In this document: in pieces, positions 24,437 through 36,565 of the stretch
Layout: the number at the start of each line of letters is the position of its first letter
Position numbering within the stretch: the stretch's first letter is position 1
Source: Rhizaria sp. SCN 62-66
Lineage: Eukaryota
Direction: 5' to 3'
Length of the DNA: 54,169 nt
Assembly: GCA_001724265.1 (NCBI GenBank)
Contig: MEDY01000192.1
Coordinates: forward strand, 1-54,169
Notes under the pieces: generated by a model
Database searches by the model: none
Seen by the model: the letters and a program-made list of their open reading frames with translations, nothing else
Told to the model about the DNA's origin: nothing
Translations under genes and position numbers: made by a program

Positions 24437-25533
24437 ATGTCCGCCTCTTCCGCGTCCTCAACAATGGAGTCCTCCTTCGCGACGCTTTTCCCGCAGGAAT
24501 ACTACGCCAAGTTCTTCGCCGCACAGTGCCGGCCCGACGGCCGCGCTCTCACAGGCCTGCGCAAGACTGTCATCACGACGCACGATGTGCTGTCTAACTC
24601 CCCCGGCGCGTCGATGGTTAAGATCGGCAACACCACTGTTATGTGCGGCATCACGCTTGAGGTTGCTGCTCCCAATGCCAGCCACCCGTCGCATGGGTTT
24701 TTGACTGTGGACGTCACCACCCCGGCGCTCTGCTCCGCGCGTCTCGCAACGCACCGCGGCCCCTCAAACACACAGGTACGTCCTATAATTTTCTTTCCAC
24801 TCCAGATCTCTCTATCAATAACATTTTAAGCCAAAAATGTACGGTATCAGTATATATTGATATATGCACCTATTTTCTAAGTTTTACAGAGTTTTTCTAA
24901 CATTACGTGCTTCATTTTTTGTTTTTTCGGTATGCGCAGGAGATGTCCAACGCGTCGCTGTCAGTCTTCCTCCGCGACCTGGCCCTCAACGCGCGCGTGC
25001 TGCGTCCCGCGCAACTGGGCATCATCGAGGGCGTTGCCGCCTGGCTCGTCCGCGCCGACATCGTTGTGCTGAACGACGACGGCAACACGCGCGACGCGTG
25101 TGTGCTCGCGCTCGTCCACGCCATCTCGGCGCTCGAACTCCCTGAAACCACTGCGCCCGACGACAAAGAGGTCTACGTCATCCGCGGCGGGCTCGCGCGC
25201 TCGCTGGGGCTCTCCGCGCGCGACCTGGTTGTGCCGGTCACCTTCGCGGCGATGCCTGATGGTGTTACGCTGGTTGACCCGACTGCGCGTGAGGAGGAGC
25301 TCGCACTCGATCTCTACACTCTGGTCTTCACGGCCCAGGGCGCCGTTGCGGGCGTCTACAAGCCCGGGGGCGAGCCACTCGCACAGGACGCCATGCTGCA
25401 CGCTATGAAGCTTGCTGCCAAGCGCGCGGGAGGCTGGTTCCGCGCGGCTGCGACCGCGGCGGACGACGCGGAGGGCGGCGCTAAGGCGGGCCGGATGGTC
25501 GTGCCGCTCGTCGCCAACGAGACAGAGCTCTGA
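24437..25533 (+). CDS. EXOSC8: exosome complex RNase PH-like subunit RRP43; exons 24437-24775, 24940-25533
   Basis: FATLFPQEYYAKFFAAQCRPDGR, GASMVKIGNTTVMCGI, VLNDDGNTRDAC, LVDPTAREEEL and YKPGG. One phase-0 intron. Stop is TGA. Confidence 0.88.
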
Positions 25534-25954
25534 GCGGTTAGGAGGGGTGTGCGGTCTGCGCGAAATTTCGTTTATATATATAATACAGTAGGACTTTATT
25601 TGTGATATATCGCGGATTGGTTCCCTCATGCCCTTGTTATGACTTGAAGGGCGTCTTTTAGTGGTAAACTTCAGGTCACTGCCGGTCTGACGGAGTCGGC
25701 TGCAAGTGACCGTGAGCAGCGAGGGGGAAAGCAGACATAGGGCCAACTTTGGAGCTGTCGTGCGCCCCGTTCCGCGGACAGACGTAATTGTCGCTCATTG
25801 TGCTCAATGAAAAAATCCTGCAGTCTTATAATATAATTTCAATTCCCTTGATATTCGCTATTTGTCCCTCATGTGCCCTTCCTCACCAAGCCCCATCCGC
25901 TCCCTTGCTCTTGCCTTCGTCCACCCCGACCCGACGCACTCTCCTGCAGTGACA

Positions 25955-26607
25955 ATGCAGCGCATCTCCATGCTGTTTGCATTCCTGGCCGCCATCGGCC
26001 TGTGCCTGCTCTCCACTGCGCAGGCATACATTGTTCTGTCCAGCGACCTTGACAATCCTGAGCAGAAGATCGACCCCGCTGTGCAGCTGGCTGCTGAGAA
26101 CCTCCGCGACGTTCAGGCCCGCGTTCCCGAGCTCAACCACGCCAAGCCGGACCTCAACCGCTACGTCGTCGTCACTCCCGGCTCCAAGCTTGCGTCTTCT
26201 TTCCAGCCTGTCACGGTTGCCAAGTCGATGCCCTCGCTCGCGCGCCGCCGTCTCAACCTTGAGGTACGTTCCCTCTGGTCTCTCCAGCGCTTCATTATCG
26301 TCTCGCGAAGCATAAAGATGGCCTGTTATCTTCACTGAGCCCATGCTATTCGAACTCATTTGCGCCTTTCTATACTATATACTATTTACGCTTCATGCCA
26401 CGAAAATCTTCGTTATCTGTATCCCTATTTCATTTCTCACATCATAAAAACGGTCCCATCTTCTGTTCGTCGCTTTAGGCTCCTATCAACGACGCCTTCT
26501 CGTCCTCGGTCTTCGACCGTCTGCCCGACTACCGTGAGTCGCTGATTGCCCAGGTCCCCAAGCTCTCCCCTCTCGTCTCCAAGATTGACCCTAACCACGA
26601 GGCGTAA
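25955..26607 (+). CDS. small predicted secreted protein (about 145 aa), no recognised family; exons 25955-26263, 26479-26607
   Basis: Signal peptide MQRISMLFAFLAAIGLCLLSTAQA|Y; strongly C-ending codons; GAG|GTACGT...TTAG intron keeps frame. Stop is TAA. Confidence 0.75.
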
Positions 26608-27223
26608 GTCTGCTGTGTCAACAGTGTGACGTGGCAGTGTGAGCCTGCGCGTGTGCGACACAAAGCGGATCTATTCTACTTAAGTGACCCATGTGTGACT
26701 GTGCGTGCGCCTGAGTGTGTGGGTGTTTGTGTCAGCGTGTAGGCGTGGATTGTAGAGAGGTAGTGACCGGTGAATGAATGAATGAGTGAGTGAGATGGCT
26801 GCTGTGGCAGGACAACGCTGCACGACAGAACATGCGTGTTGGGGTTTGGTCTCTGTATCTATGTGTCTCGTACTACTCACGGTGTGGGAGTTGTTTGTGT
26901 TCTTCATGTTGCATGTGTGTGTGTGTAGGTGGTTTCTATTGATGTTGTTACTGTCTTACTACAAATGTTACTCAAACAAAGCTATCACAAAGTTGGACTA
27001 AATACGGTCTATCACGACGTTGTTAGTCGTGAACATGGAAGAACAAATGAAAAGCAATACAAGTAGTTGTAATTTGCATCAATCATAAGTCAACAACACT
27101 GTTATAAGATGCCTTAGATCATTGTATTCGCCGTTTTCGACCCCGTGTGGTTACTAATTAGCTCAACCTTGAATCTAGGTAAGGTGTCGTCTCAAAAGAT
27201 GGTTGAATGTGTTACATGCAGCT

Positions 27224-29341
27224 TTACAGCTCCTCTGTTTCATCGTCAGCTTGCACTTCAGCTTCAGTCTCGTCATCAGCATCAACAACATTAGCATCAG
27301 CCTGAGTCGAAACGTGGGTCTCAACCCTGGTCTCCGCGAGCGCTGTCGCGACTGCTTGAAACAACGCGAGTTTGCTTTGCTTCGAGATACCAGCGGCGCG
27401 CGCAGAAGTTGACGCGAGCACAAACACGCGTAGCAGCGGCCGCGGCACAAAGCTAGCACTCGCGCTGCTGTTAGCGTTATTATTGTCGGTGCTATGATAG
27501 TGCGAGCGAATGAGTTGAGACCAATGCGAAAAGAGCGACGTAAACGACGTGTGCTCAAAGTTGCTTGCACTGTGACCACACTCACAGCCTTGCTCATGAG
27601 CTCCGATGCCGTCAACAGTGTTCCTCGTTTGATCGTTGTTCCTTGTGCTCGTGTCGCAACGATTGCTGTTGTTAACGCGATCGCTGTTGCTGATGGCACT
27701 TGCCAGCAATTGCCTCAGCTGGTTATGCTGTTGACTATGAGTACGGCACCACGTCTGCGGCCGCACAGCAATCGCACTCACACAGCTGTTGTCCACACTG
27801 TCGTTTTCGTTTGGGCTTGCGCCTAAGGCTGCGAGTACATCTTGTTGCTGCTGCTGCTGCTGCAGTTGCTGAGGCTGCTGCTGTTGCTGCTGCAGTTGCC
27901 GCTGTTGTAGCGGTGCTGGTGTGATGATTTGGCGCAGCAGCACGGGGCAGGACCCAAGCGCCGCTGCTGCCCAGCACAGCGGCGCCTCGCCGAAAGCTAA
28001 GCCGCCACTTTTAGTTTCGCCGCCGCGTGTTTGCGCGTGCTTAGGACACGGTTTGTGCCGGAGAGCCCACAGTAAACACTGCGCCAGCGCGGCCTCTGCG
28101 TATGCGATAGCCTGTGCAGTAGAAGCGTCACTGTTCGAAGTTGCACCAGTAACAGCAGCATCAGCAGAGGCAGCATAGGCTGACGCGGAGGAAGCCGATG
28201 CAACAGCAGCAGCAGCGGTGGCAGCATAAGTTGCGGCTTGTGTTGTTGTTGCTGTTGTTGAATCAACAACGGCGGCCGCCTCTTGCTCCCATTTCTCAGT
28301 AACGCGCATATCAAAGGCGGCATGACTCGGCTGACTGTGAGCAGTCGCAGCTGCAGTAGAAGTCGCAACGCGACTATAGTTGTGGCAGCCGTTGTGACAG
28401 TCACAAGCACAGCCGACAACAGTCTCTTTGTCACTCAACGCGGGCGTGTTTTTGCTATTCGTGCTGTTGCTGCTTGCGCTTTTCACTTGCTTCTGCTGCC
28501 TGTCACTCGCCCTCGTGTTAACGCACAGTGCATCGAAGATCTCTTTGCCATTAAACGCAATGATCCTAACCGGTGATAAAGTTATACACGACAGCTCGAG
28601 TGTGAGAGATTGAGAATAAGACAAAACAAGCCCATACTATTACCAAGAACAAAGAGTGACAACACAGACATGTTATTTTAGTTTCGATGTTGTGTGCAAG
28701 AATATTCATCATATTGGCTCGTACCTTGGCAGGACAGCGCAGAGTTTGCCTTTAAGCTTTGCAGCGCCGTCGCGCCTCTCTTGCCTCTCCAAGTCATCCG
28801 ACCCCGCGCTCGGCCTGTCCATTAAGTTGCACACCCCAACGTTCGCAACGTGGGGCGCGCGCAGATGGCGCTCGCGGCGGCAAGCGGGTGGGAGCAGCCC
28901 GGTTTCAGAGATCAGAGGCCAAAAAGCGTTTGTCGGACCTGCGTAAGGGTAGCTTTTCTCTGCTGACGTGAGGCCTGGGTTGATGCCGACAATCACTAAG
29001 TCAAGCCGAGGAAGTAGCGCGTCGGGGACAGGAAGAGCAGGCTCGACAGTAGGTGAGAACGGCTCTGCCGCAGTTGAAGTCGCGACTGGAGTTGCTGCCG
29101 CTGCTGTGCTGGTCGTTGCACGTGCAGTTTCAGCTTTCGCAGATGGAGAAACAAACACAAACGCGGATAGAGCCTCTAGCGCGGTCTGCGCGGTGCGCGG
29201 AAGCTGCACAAGCTCTGCAGCCTGCGTCTCATCTGCGGACGGTGGCACGAGAGTGCGCTTCGGGGTTTGAGAGGCTGGCGGACGTGATGATACTGACAGC
29301 CAGAGAGACTTGCGCGGAGGCTGGCTTTGCGAATCACTCAT
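27224..29341 (-). CDS. G/T(U) mismatch-specific DNA glycosylase (TDG/MUG family); exons 29341-28725, 28565-27224
   Basis: LVIVGINPGLTSA..YAGPTNAFW, NLMDRPSAGSDDL, LPR|IIAFNGKEIF across a phase-2 GTACG...TTAG intron, and VFVLASTSAR (MPSSSAR equivalent). Stop is TAA. Confidence 0.88.
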
Positions 29342-29741
29342 TTTCAAGTGCGCAAATCAGCCCACATACAAAGAAAAAACTCAAAGAGTCGTGCGCGCAA
29401 ATTATTAATGCAGTTTCGTTGCGTCGTCAGGGATATCAGACTACCAAGAGGCGTGCGCTGCTCTCAGTGAGTGTGGCGCGGCTTAACTTCCCGCATTTCC
29501 GATCAGATCACATCACAGTTTTTTGAGGATAATTCTGCAAGATTCTGTTCGTCGTTTGTCCTGAAAGCAATTTTGCAGTAGATTACTTATAATTTACTAT
29601 ACATTGTGTTATTAATACTTCTACTGGTTGCGATCTTACCTCTGTACCGTCCAAGCTGCGCCCCCCGACTCACGTTCTTTTCCCAATCAACCTTCTGCTC
29701 TTCGGTTCACCCGCTACCGCGGAAAACAACAGTCCACCTCA

Positions 29742-30620
29742 ATGCTTGCCCGCACCAAGGTTGCCACTCGCTTCGCATCTTTTGCTCGCGCCTTCTCCTC
29801 CGCTGCCGAGACGGCCGCCGCTGATGCAGTCGCTGCCACCACCAGCCGCGCCCCCGCTCCTGCGCCCTCGGTCAACGCCATCAATTCCACCAAGGCACCC
29901 GCTGCCGTTGGTCCCTACTCCCACTCCGTTGTCAGCACTTACCCCAGCACCGCGTACGTGTCTGGTCAGCTGCCGCTTGACCCCGTCACCGGCGAGATGG
30001 TCGGCACTGATGCTGCCACCCAGGTACGTTAACGCAGACGCTACCTCGCACGCACAAATAGTTTACGGTTTCTATTTTTCTATTTTTCTTCTTGGATTTC
30101 TTGTTATCATGCCGTATCAGCGCTTTCTAACACGTGCTTCTTTCTTTGCTGTGTCAACAACAACAACAACAACAGGCCGTCAAGTGCCTCGAGAACCTCG
30201 ACGCCATCCTCTACCGCGTCAACGCCCGCCGCGACACCGTCGTGAAGACCACCGTGCTCCTCACTGATCTCGCTGATTTCGCTTCCGTCAACAAGGTGTA
30301 CGCCGAGTTCTTTGGTGACCACGCCCCCGCTCGCGTCTGCTACCAGGTACGGTGTTTTTAGACTAGCTTTGTTTCTTGCAACGCAACATATTTGCTTTCA
30401 ACTGTAAAACTCGTTTGATGTCATATCTTCTCACTAGATCTCGCTTGTTTTGTTGTGTTTTTGCTTGACCCAGGTTTCCGCTCTCCCCAAGGGCGCCCTG
30501 GTCGAGATCGACGCCATTGCCGCCACCATGGGCCCCCGTCGCCGTCGCACTTCCAGCCCTAAGTCCAAGAAGTCTGCTGCCACTGACGTCCCCGTTGTCG
30601 CTGCTGCTGAGTCCAACTAA
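29742..30620 (+). CDS. RIDA: RidA/YjgF/UK114 reactive-intermediate deaminase, probable mitochondrial; exons 29742-30023, 30176-30346, 30474-30620
   Basis: APAAVGPYSHSV, YVSGQLPLDP, VVKTTVLLTDLADFASVNKVYAEFF and PARVCYQ|VSALPKGALVEIDAIA. Presequence MLARTKVATRFASFARAFSS. Stop is TAA. Confidence 0.92.
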
Positions 30621-30971
30621 GTTGAATGCGAAACTGCATTTTCCTTTTCTCTAACTTAAACAGCGGTTTCGACTCTCTTTCACTGTCCTTATTACAGCCT
30701 AAACGAGCGTAAGGTCGTGTCTTATCTATTACTTTAGTGCGAAATTGCAAACATATACAAAAAATGTTCACTCGAAACCGTAATTGGAGCAATGGGAGCA
30801 AATGATGATGAACTATCATTGATTGGCCGTTTTGTAGAATGACACTTTATTTTGGCCCGATCAAACATATTATATTATCAAAACTATAGTACTTTTTACA
30901 CATCAATAAGAAGAAGTTGCAACTCACGTAGTCACACACAGCTCATCACAGTCACTCTGCCACTTTGCCGC

Positions 30972-33900
30972 TCAGTCGGTCCACACGGCCCCGGTGTAGC
31001 CCAGGTCACGCGCCGCCGCCGCCGCGGCCTCGTCGCCAAGCCCCAGCACACGGCCGCGCATGTCGCTGCCAGTCACTGTCTCGGGCAGGTACGCCGACAG
31101 CGGGCTCGTCAGCGGGTTGAGTCCGCCGTGCACGCTGTTAGCCATCGCGGCCGCCACGGCGCCGGCGTTGGCCCCACCGGCGCGCCCGCGACCGCCGAAG
31201 AGCCCCGGTCGCCCCGCGGCCGCCCCGCCAGTCTTCTTGCCGCCGCCGCTGGCGTGGGCAGCGGAGGAGGCGCGGAGCGCAGCGGCGCCCGCGGAGGCCG
31301 GCGTGGGGGTGGGCAGCGCGCCCTTAGTGTGTAGCACGTGCAACAGCACGCGGAGCTCCTTCTCGCTCATGCGCTCGCCCAGCGTGCGCACTGCGGCGGC
31401 CAGGGCCGCGCGGGAGACGGCGCCGCCGGCGAGCAAAGCTTCTGCGGCCTCGATCTCGGCGTCGGCGTTATCATGAGACTAAAAAAAAAGAAGAAAACAA
31501 CAAAATCGGAAATGAATATCTTATGAGTTCAATAGTAAGTCTAGTAAAAATATTGTAGAAACTTAAGCACGGAATACATTTATCAATTTTGTGATATATC
31601 GCGAGGAAACTTCGAATAAGCGTACCTGTGTCATGGCCGCCCCGAGCACGCCGACCGCGCCCTCAACAGCGCCGGGCGCGATGCCGAACACTGGCCTGTG
31701 GTTGGCCAGGAGACGGATGACGTCCCGCAGCCCCACAGTCTCCTCGCGCACGCCCCCGCGCGTCGGCACGGGTGTGATACGCCGCGCCGCGCGCGCAGTT
31801 GCCGCCGCGAGCAAGGCCGCGTCACTCCCACTCCCGTTGCTGCTGTTGCTAATGTTGTTGTTTGCAGCCTGAGGCGAGATGAACGCGTCCCACATGACCT
31901 CGGCGTGGATCTCCTCGACCTGCGCCTCGCTGGGGTAAAACCCGAGCGTGCGCATCATCACCACGGCCTCAGCCAGCGGGATGCGGCCCGTCACACGGCG
32001 CTCCCCGCTCTTGTGCAGGCCGTCTGCGCGCAGCTGCGAGTGGTGGAACGCGTCGACGAGCTCTTCGTACACCTCCGCAGCCGTCACAGCGCCGCCCGAC
32101 GCGCGCGCCGCAGCGGCAGAGGCCGAGCTGGAGCCCAGCGCTAGCCCGCCGTCGGCGGCGGCGCCGTCGGTGATGAGTTGCAAGTACGAGTCCGTCACGG
32201 AGTCGCCGGTGACCGTTGCGCTGTAGCTCGCGCTGCTGCTGTTGGCGGTGCTGCTGGCGGCGAGCGCGAGGGACGCGTCAAGCGCGGCAGTGTTGACCCC
32301 CCAGAGGTTCACCGTGCGGTCCCGGCCGCCCGCAGTGAGCACGAAGCGGCCGTCACACGTCGGCGCCAGCGCAGTGAGCGCACCGGGGTGCGCAAGCATG
32401 GCCATCGACCGCTCGGGATCACCGGTCAGCGGCAGCTTCATCAAACCGATGATCTTGCTGTCGCACGCGTACACCACGTAGCTCGACGCCGCGAAGCGCC
32501 GCTGCGGCCCGCCCGCGCCGGCAGCAGCGCCGGAGACCGAGGCCGAGGCCGAGGCGGGGACGCGCGTGGGCAGCGACACGAGGCGCGTGACGGGCCCGCC
32601 GTAGGCGGGAGCGAGCGTGACCTTGCGGCAGATGAGATGCTTGAACGCGCTCAGCGGGCACACCGCCGTCGCGCTGAGCCCCGAACCGCTGTTGTTGGCG
32701 CCGCCAGAGGCCGAGGCAGAGGACTGGGCCTCGGCGACAAGCGCGCGCAGCGCCGACGACGGCTCACCGTTGAACCCGGCGTCCGCCGCGTCGTCGCCGC
32801 TCGCGCCGCCGTTCGCACTGCTGTCGCAGCCGCTGCTGGTGACGAGCGCGGGGTCGGAGCACAGCAGCGGCGCCCACCAGAAGGGCTGCGCGCCGCCGCG
32901 GTTGAACGCCGCCGCCTGCTCCGTCGGCCGCATGAGTGCCGTGTTCCCGGCGGCGGCACCCGCAGCGGCACCCGTGGCCCCGTGTGCCCCCGCGCTGGCG
33001 GCCTTGCGCGCGCCGCCCGGCGTGCGGAACGGAGAGTTCATCATGTTTGCCGTCGACGCGGGCCCGTGGTGCGGGGTGTCGAGCCCACGGTCGCCGCCGC
33101 CGCCGCCACCCAGCGCCACGCCCGTCGCAGTGCCCGGCGCGCCGCCGCTCAGCATGCGGGACGCGGCCGGCGTGGCGAGGACGGAGCCCACGCCGCCCGC
33201 GGTGCCGATCGAGCCTGCGCCGCCCGCGGTGAGTGGGACAGACCCCGCGGCGGCGGCAGCGGCGGCGGCGGCAGCGGCGGCGGCAGCGGCGGCGGCAATG
33301 TGCTGCGACGGGAACGCCGTTTGCTGGTGGAAAAGCTTGAGTTTGTATCCTTCCGTGGAGACGACGACGCAGTCGCTCTGCACCAAAAGGTCTCCGGACT
33401 CGCAGTGTGATAGTACCGAGGCTGGGGGCAGCGCGCCGCCCGCGCCCGGGTGGATCACGCCGCCACTCGCCGTCACCATCACACCGCCACCGCCACTGCT
33501 GCTGCTGTTGGTGTTGGCGCCGGCGAGAGAGGCGGCGGCTCGGCGGAACTCGGCCGCTGTGGCCACGACACCGGGCAGCGGCAGCATTGCGACTGCAGCG
33601 TCGGTCTGGTCCACCGCGCTCGCGGCCGCAACGAGCACGCCGTCCTTGATACTCGCGCGCGCCACGTCATACTCGACGAGGCGCCGGTCCGCGCCGAGCG
33701 AGAGCAGGCGCGGGGCGGCGGCGCGGTAGGGCTCCCCGCGCGCGGGCAGCAGGGGGGCCACGGCGGCGGCCGCCAGCGCCAGCGCGCGCGCGGCCTGCTG
33801 CGCGGCGGCGCTCGAGCCCGAGGTCGCGGCGGCGAGCGCGGCGGCGACGGAGGACGCCGAGGCCGCGCCCGAGATGGAAGCGGCCGACTGCGGCGGCGGC

Positions 33901-36565
33901 TGGAGGTGACGCGGCGGGTGCGTGGCGTGGAAGCGGCGCAGGCGCGCGGCCTCGGCGTCGAACTGTGCCGCCACGCGGTCGGGCGTGCGTGAGAGGTCGA
34001 CGGCGCCCGGAACAAAGCGCAGGTCAGTGATGGAGGAGTAGTGGCCCTTGTTGCTGCCGATGAACACCCACTCGAGCTGTCGGTCCAGGCGCTCGTCCTA
34101 AAGCGGTTCGATGAGCGGTTTGATAAGACACAAAGAAATAATCAGATATGACACAAATGAGCAGTATTCAAAAATACAATTAAAAAAAATTAAAAAAGGG
34201 TCATTTTAGCAAGGCTGCTTTTTAGCGATAAAATTGACGTTTGAAGATGTTTGAAGTCAAATAACAGCGAGTAGCCTTTGTTTTGCTGTTACCGTACCTG
34301 GTGTGTGTAGCGGAAGAGCGAAATGTACTGCGCAGAGTCGGCGACGGCCAGCCACTGCTCGTCCTTGGAGAATGCCACGTGTGTAATCGCGCCGGTGCAG
34401 ACCGCGAACGACTGGAACACCTTGAGCGGCTCCACTACAAGTGCGCCGCCCTCGCCGTTCGCCCCGTTATCGCCGTCCGTGGTCAGCCCGGGGACGGCGG
34501 CAGCGAGCGACGTAACGAGCTCGAGCGCGCCCGAGGCCATGCCGACGGCGATGACGCGCCCGGACGGCGAGAAGCGCACGGTGCTAATCCGCGCCGCAGC
34601 AACCGCGGCAGCAGCGGCGGCCGACGACGAGGCCGACGCTGCCGACGAGCCGCCGCTGACGTTGCTGCCGTTCGTGGCGCTGGAGTCGCCCTGGAGGTAG
34701 CCGCTGGCGCCCGCGGTGGCGGCGGCCGCGGCGGCCGTCTTGGCGCTGGGCAGCACGAGCGACGACACGAGCGCGGTTTTCCCGCCGTCAGCGCCGCTGC
34801 CGCTGCCGGCGTTGGCGTTGTTGACGGTCTTGCCGTTGCGTGCCGCGTGCGTGCGCGAGCGCGTCTTGGAGTTAGCCGCCGCGGCCGCGGCCGCCGCGGC
34901 CTCGAGCACTGCGGCGGCGGCGGCGGACGTCGCCGTGACCGCGGCGGCCGCGATAGAGCTCGAGTGCGTCGGCGGCGGCGGGTTCAGTGACGCGCCGACT
35001 AGGGACCGGGAGGCAAGGAGCTCGCGGTCTTCAACGTCCCACAGCTGCAGCGTGCCGGCCGCGGTAGCGGCAACAAAGACGGGCAGCGACGGGTGCGTGT
35101 CCAGCGCGATGACGTCGCCGTCGAAGCCTTGGACAACCAGGCGGCCCTGTTATCGAAGAGTAGATTTAAGCACAAAGATATGAGTGAATAAGGACGAAAA
35201 TTATGCATAAACATTGTTAAAATAGATAAAATCTATTTTAACAATAGATAAAATGTGAGCAATGACGGTTAATTTCACGGTTCAAGAATATAGTTGCGCT
35301 AGGGATCGTACCTGACGGGCGGCCGAGTCGTCGCCTTCACCGTCGCCGCCAAGCGCGTCGAGCTGTTGCGCATCCAACCGCACGATTTTACCGTGCGCAG
35401 TCGCTACCAGCAGCTCTGGCACAAGGAACTCCGTGATGGTCGCGGCCGCGGCGGCGGACGTGGCGCCAGTCTTGTCCCCGGCGCCCGCGGCGGCGGCGGC
35501 GGCGGCGGCGAGCGCGGGCACAGTGTTCTTGTCTGCGAACGACGTGGCGACGATGGGGCCCGCAGCGAGGTCTTCGAACCACGCCACGATGCGGAACTGG
35601 AAGTCGAAGAAACGTACAGCGCCGTCTTGGCAGCCACAGACGAGGTAGCGGTCGAGCACGGTCGAAACGATGTTGATGCCAGAGTCAGTGCATAATTCCA
35701 GCACCTTGATCGGCTCGCGGCCAGCGGTTTGGACAAGCTCTGACACGGGGTAGTCCCACTGCACGACCAGACCGGTTGAAGTCGCGGTGCACGCCTTCGT
35801 GGTGTATGGGAAAAACGTCGTTTGCGTCATGGCGCCGAGACGCTTCGACCCCGGTGCGCGCGGCGCCTTGGTGGGGTGTAGCGCGGTGAGGCGGTCGTCC
35901 GCGCCCCAGGACCAGAAGATCACCTTGGAGAGCCCGTTGGTGACGATGTCGCGCACGTCGACAGGGTTAAAGCGCACGCAGTGCTGGAACTCGCCGCCGT
36001 CGACGACGCCGCGCACTACGGGCAGCCCCGACGTCGCGGCGGCCGCGGCGGCGGCGGCGGCGGAGGAAGTGGCGAGCGCGGGCGGCGACGAGGTCCACTA
36101 CCAGACCGCGATTTCCTGGCGCGGGAAGGCGTGTGAGAGCGCGACGATAAACATGGCGTCGGCGGAGAGGTCTAGCGCGCACACGCCCGACGGGAACGGG
36201 TTGGGGATGATCTTGACGGGCGTGGCCTTGAGGGCGTCCCAGACTACGATCATCGACTCGTTGCCGCAGTCGGCTGTCACGATCCAGCGTTTGTCCGTGG
36301 AGACGCATGCCGCCGTGATGGGGTTGCAGTGGCCCTGCAGCAGCGACTGCTTGTCTGTGGCCGTGTCCAGGATCACGCCCGTGTGCGCAGCGACGTAGAA
36401 GACGGCGTTACGCTCGGCTGTGACGAGGCTGATGGCGCCGCCGGGGATCTGCGAGTTGAAGCCGAAAGACCAGCGCAGGTTTAGCGCGTTGGCGTCTGCC
36501 ACAGAGCCGGGGCTAGGGCCTGCGGCAGAGGCGCCGCCGGTGGCGGAGGCGTCGACCAGAGACAT
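30972..36565 (-). CDS. CFAP251: cilia/flagella-associated protein 251 (WDR66); exons 36565-35312, 35146-34298, 34097-31626, 31478-30972; in-frame TAG at 36098-36100
   Basis: LNLRWSFGFN, LLQGHCNPIT..VSTDKRWIVTADCG, GAVRFFDFQFRIVAWFE, LLSLGADRRLVEYD, RKVTLAPAYGGP, GLMKLPLTGDP...AHPG, MRTLGFYPSEAQVEEI, RLLANHRPVFG and GERMSEKEL. Three phase-0 CAG|GTACG introns. Terminal stop is TGA. Confidence 0.9.

Noticed and set aside
36016-36101. Possible small intron GTAGTGG...CCCGTAG removing the CFAP251 TAG
   Set aside because: Splicing would shift the frame and delete the conserved WT. It is GC-rich with no pyrimidine tract, unlike the real introns.
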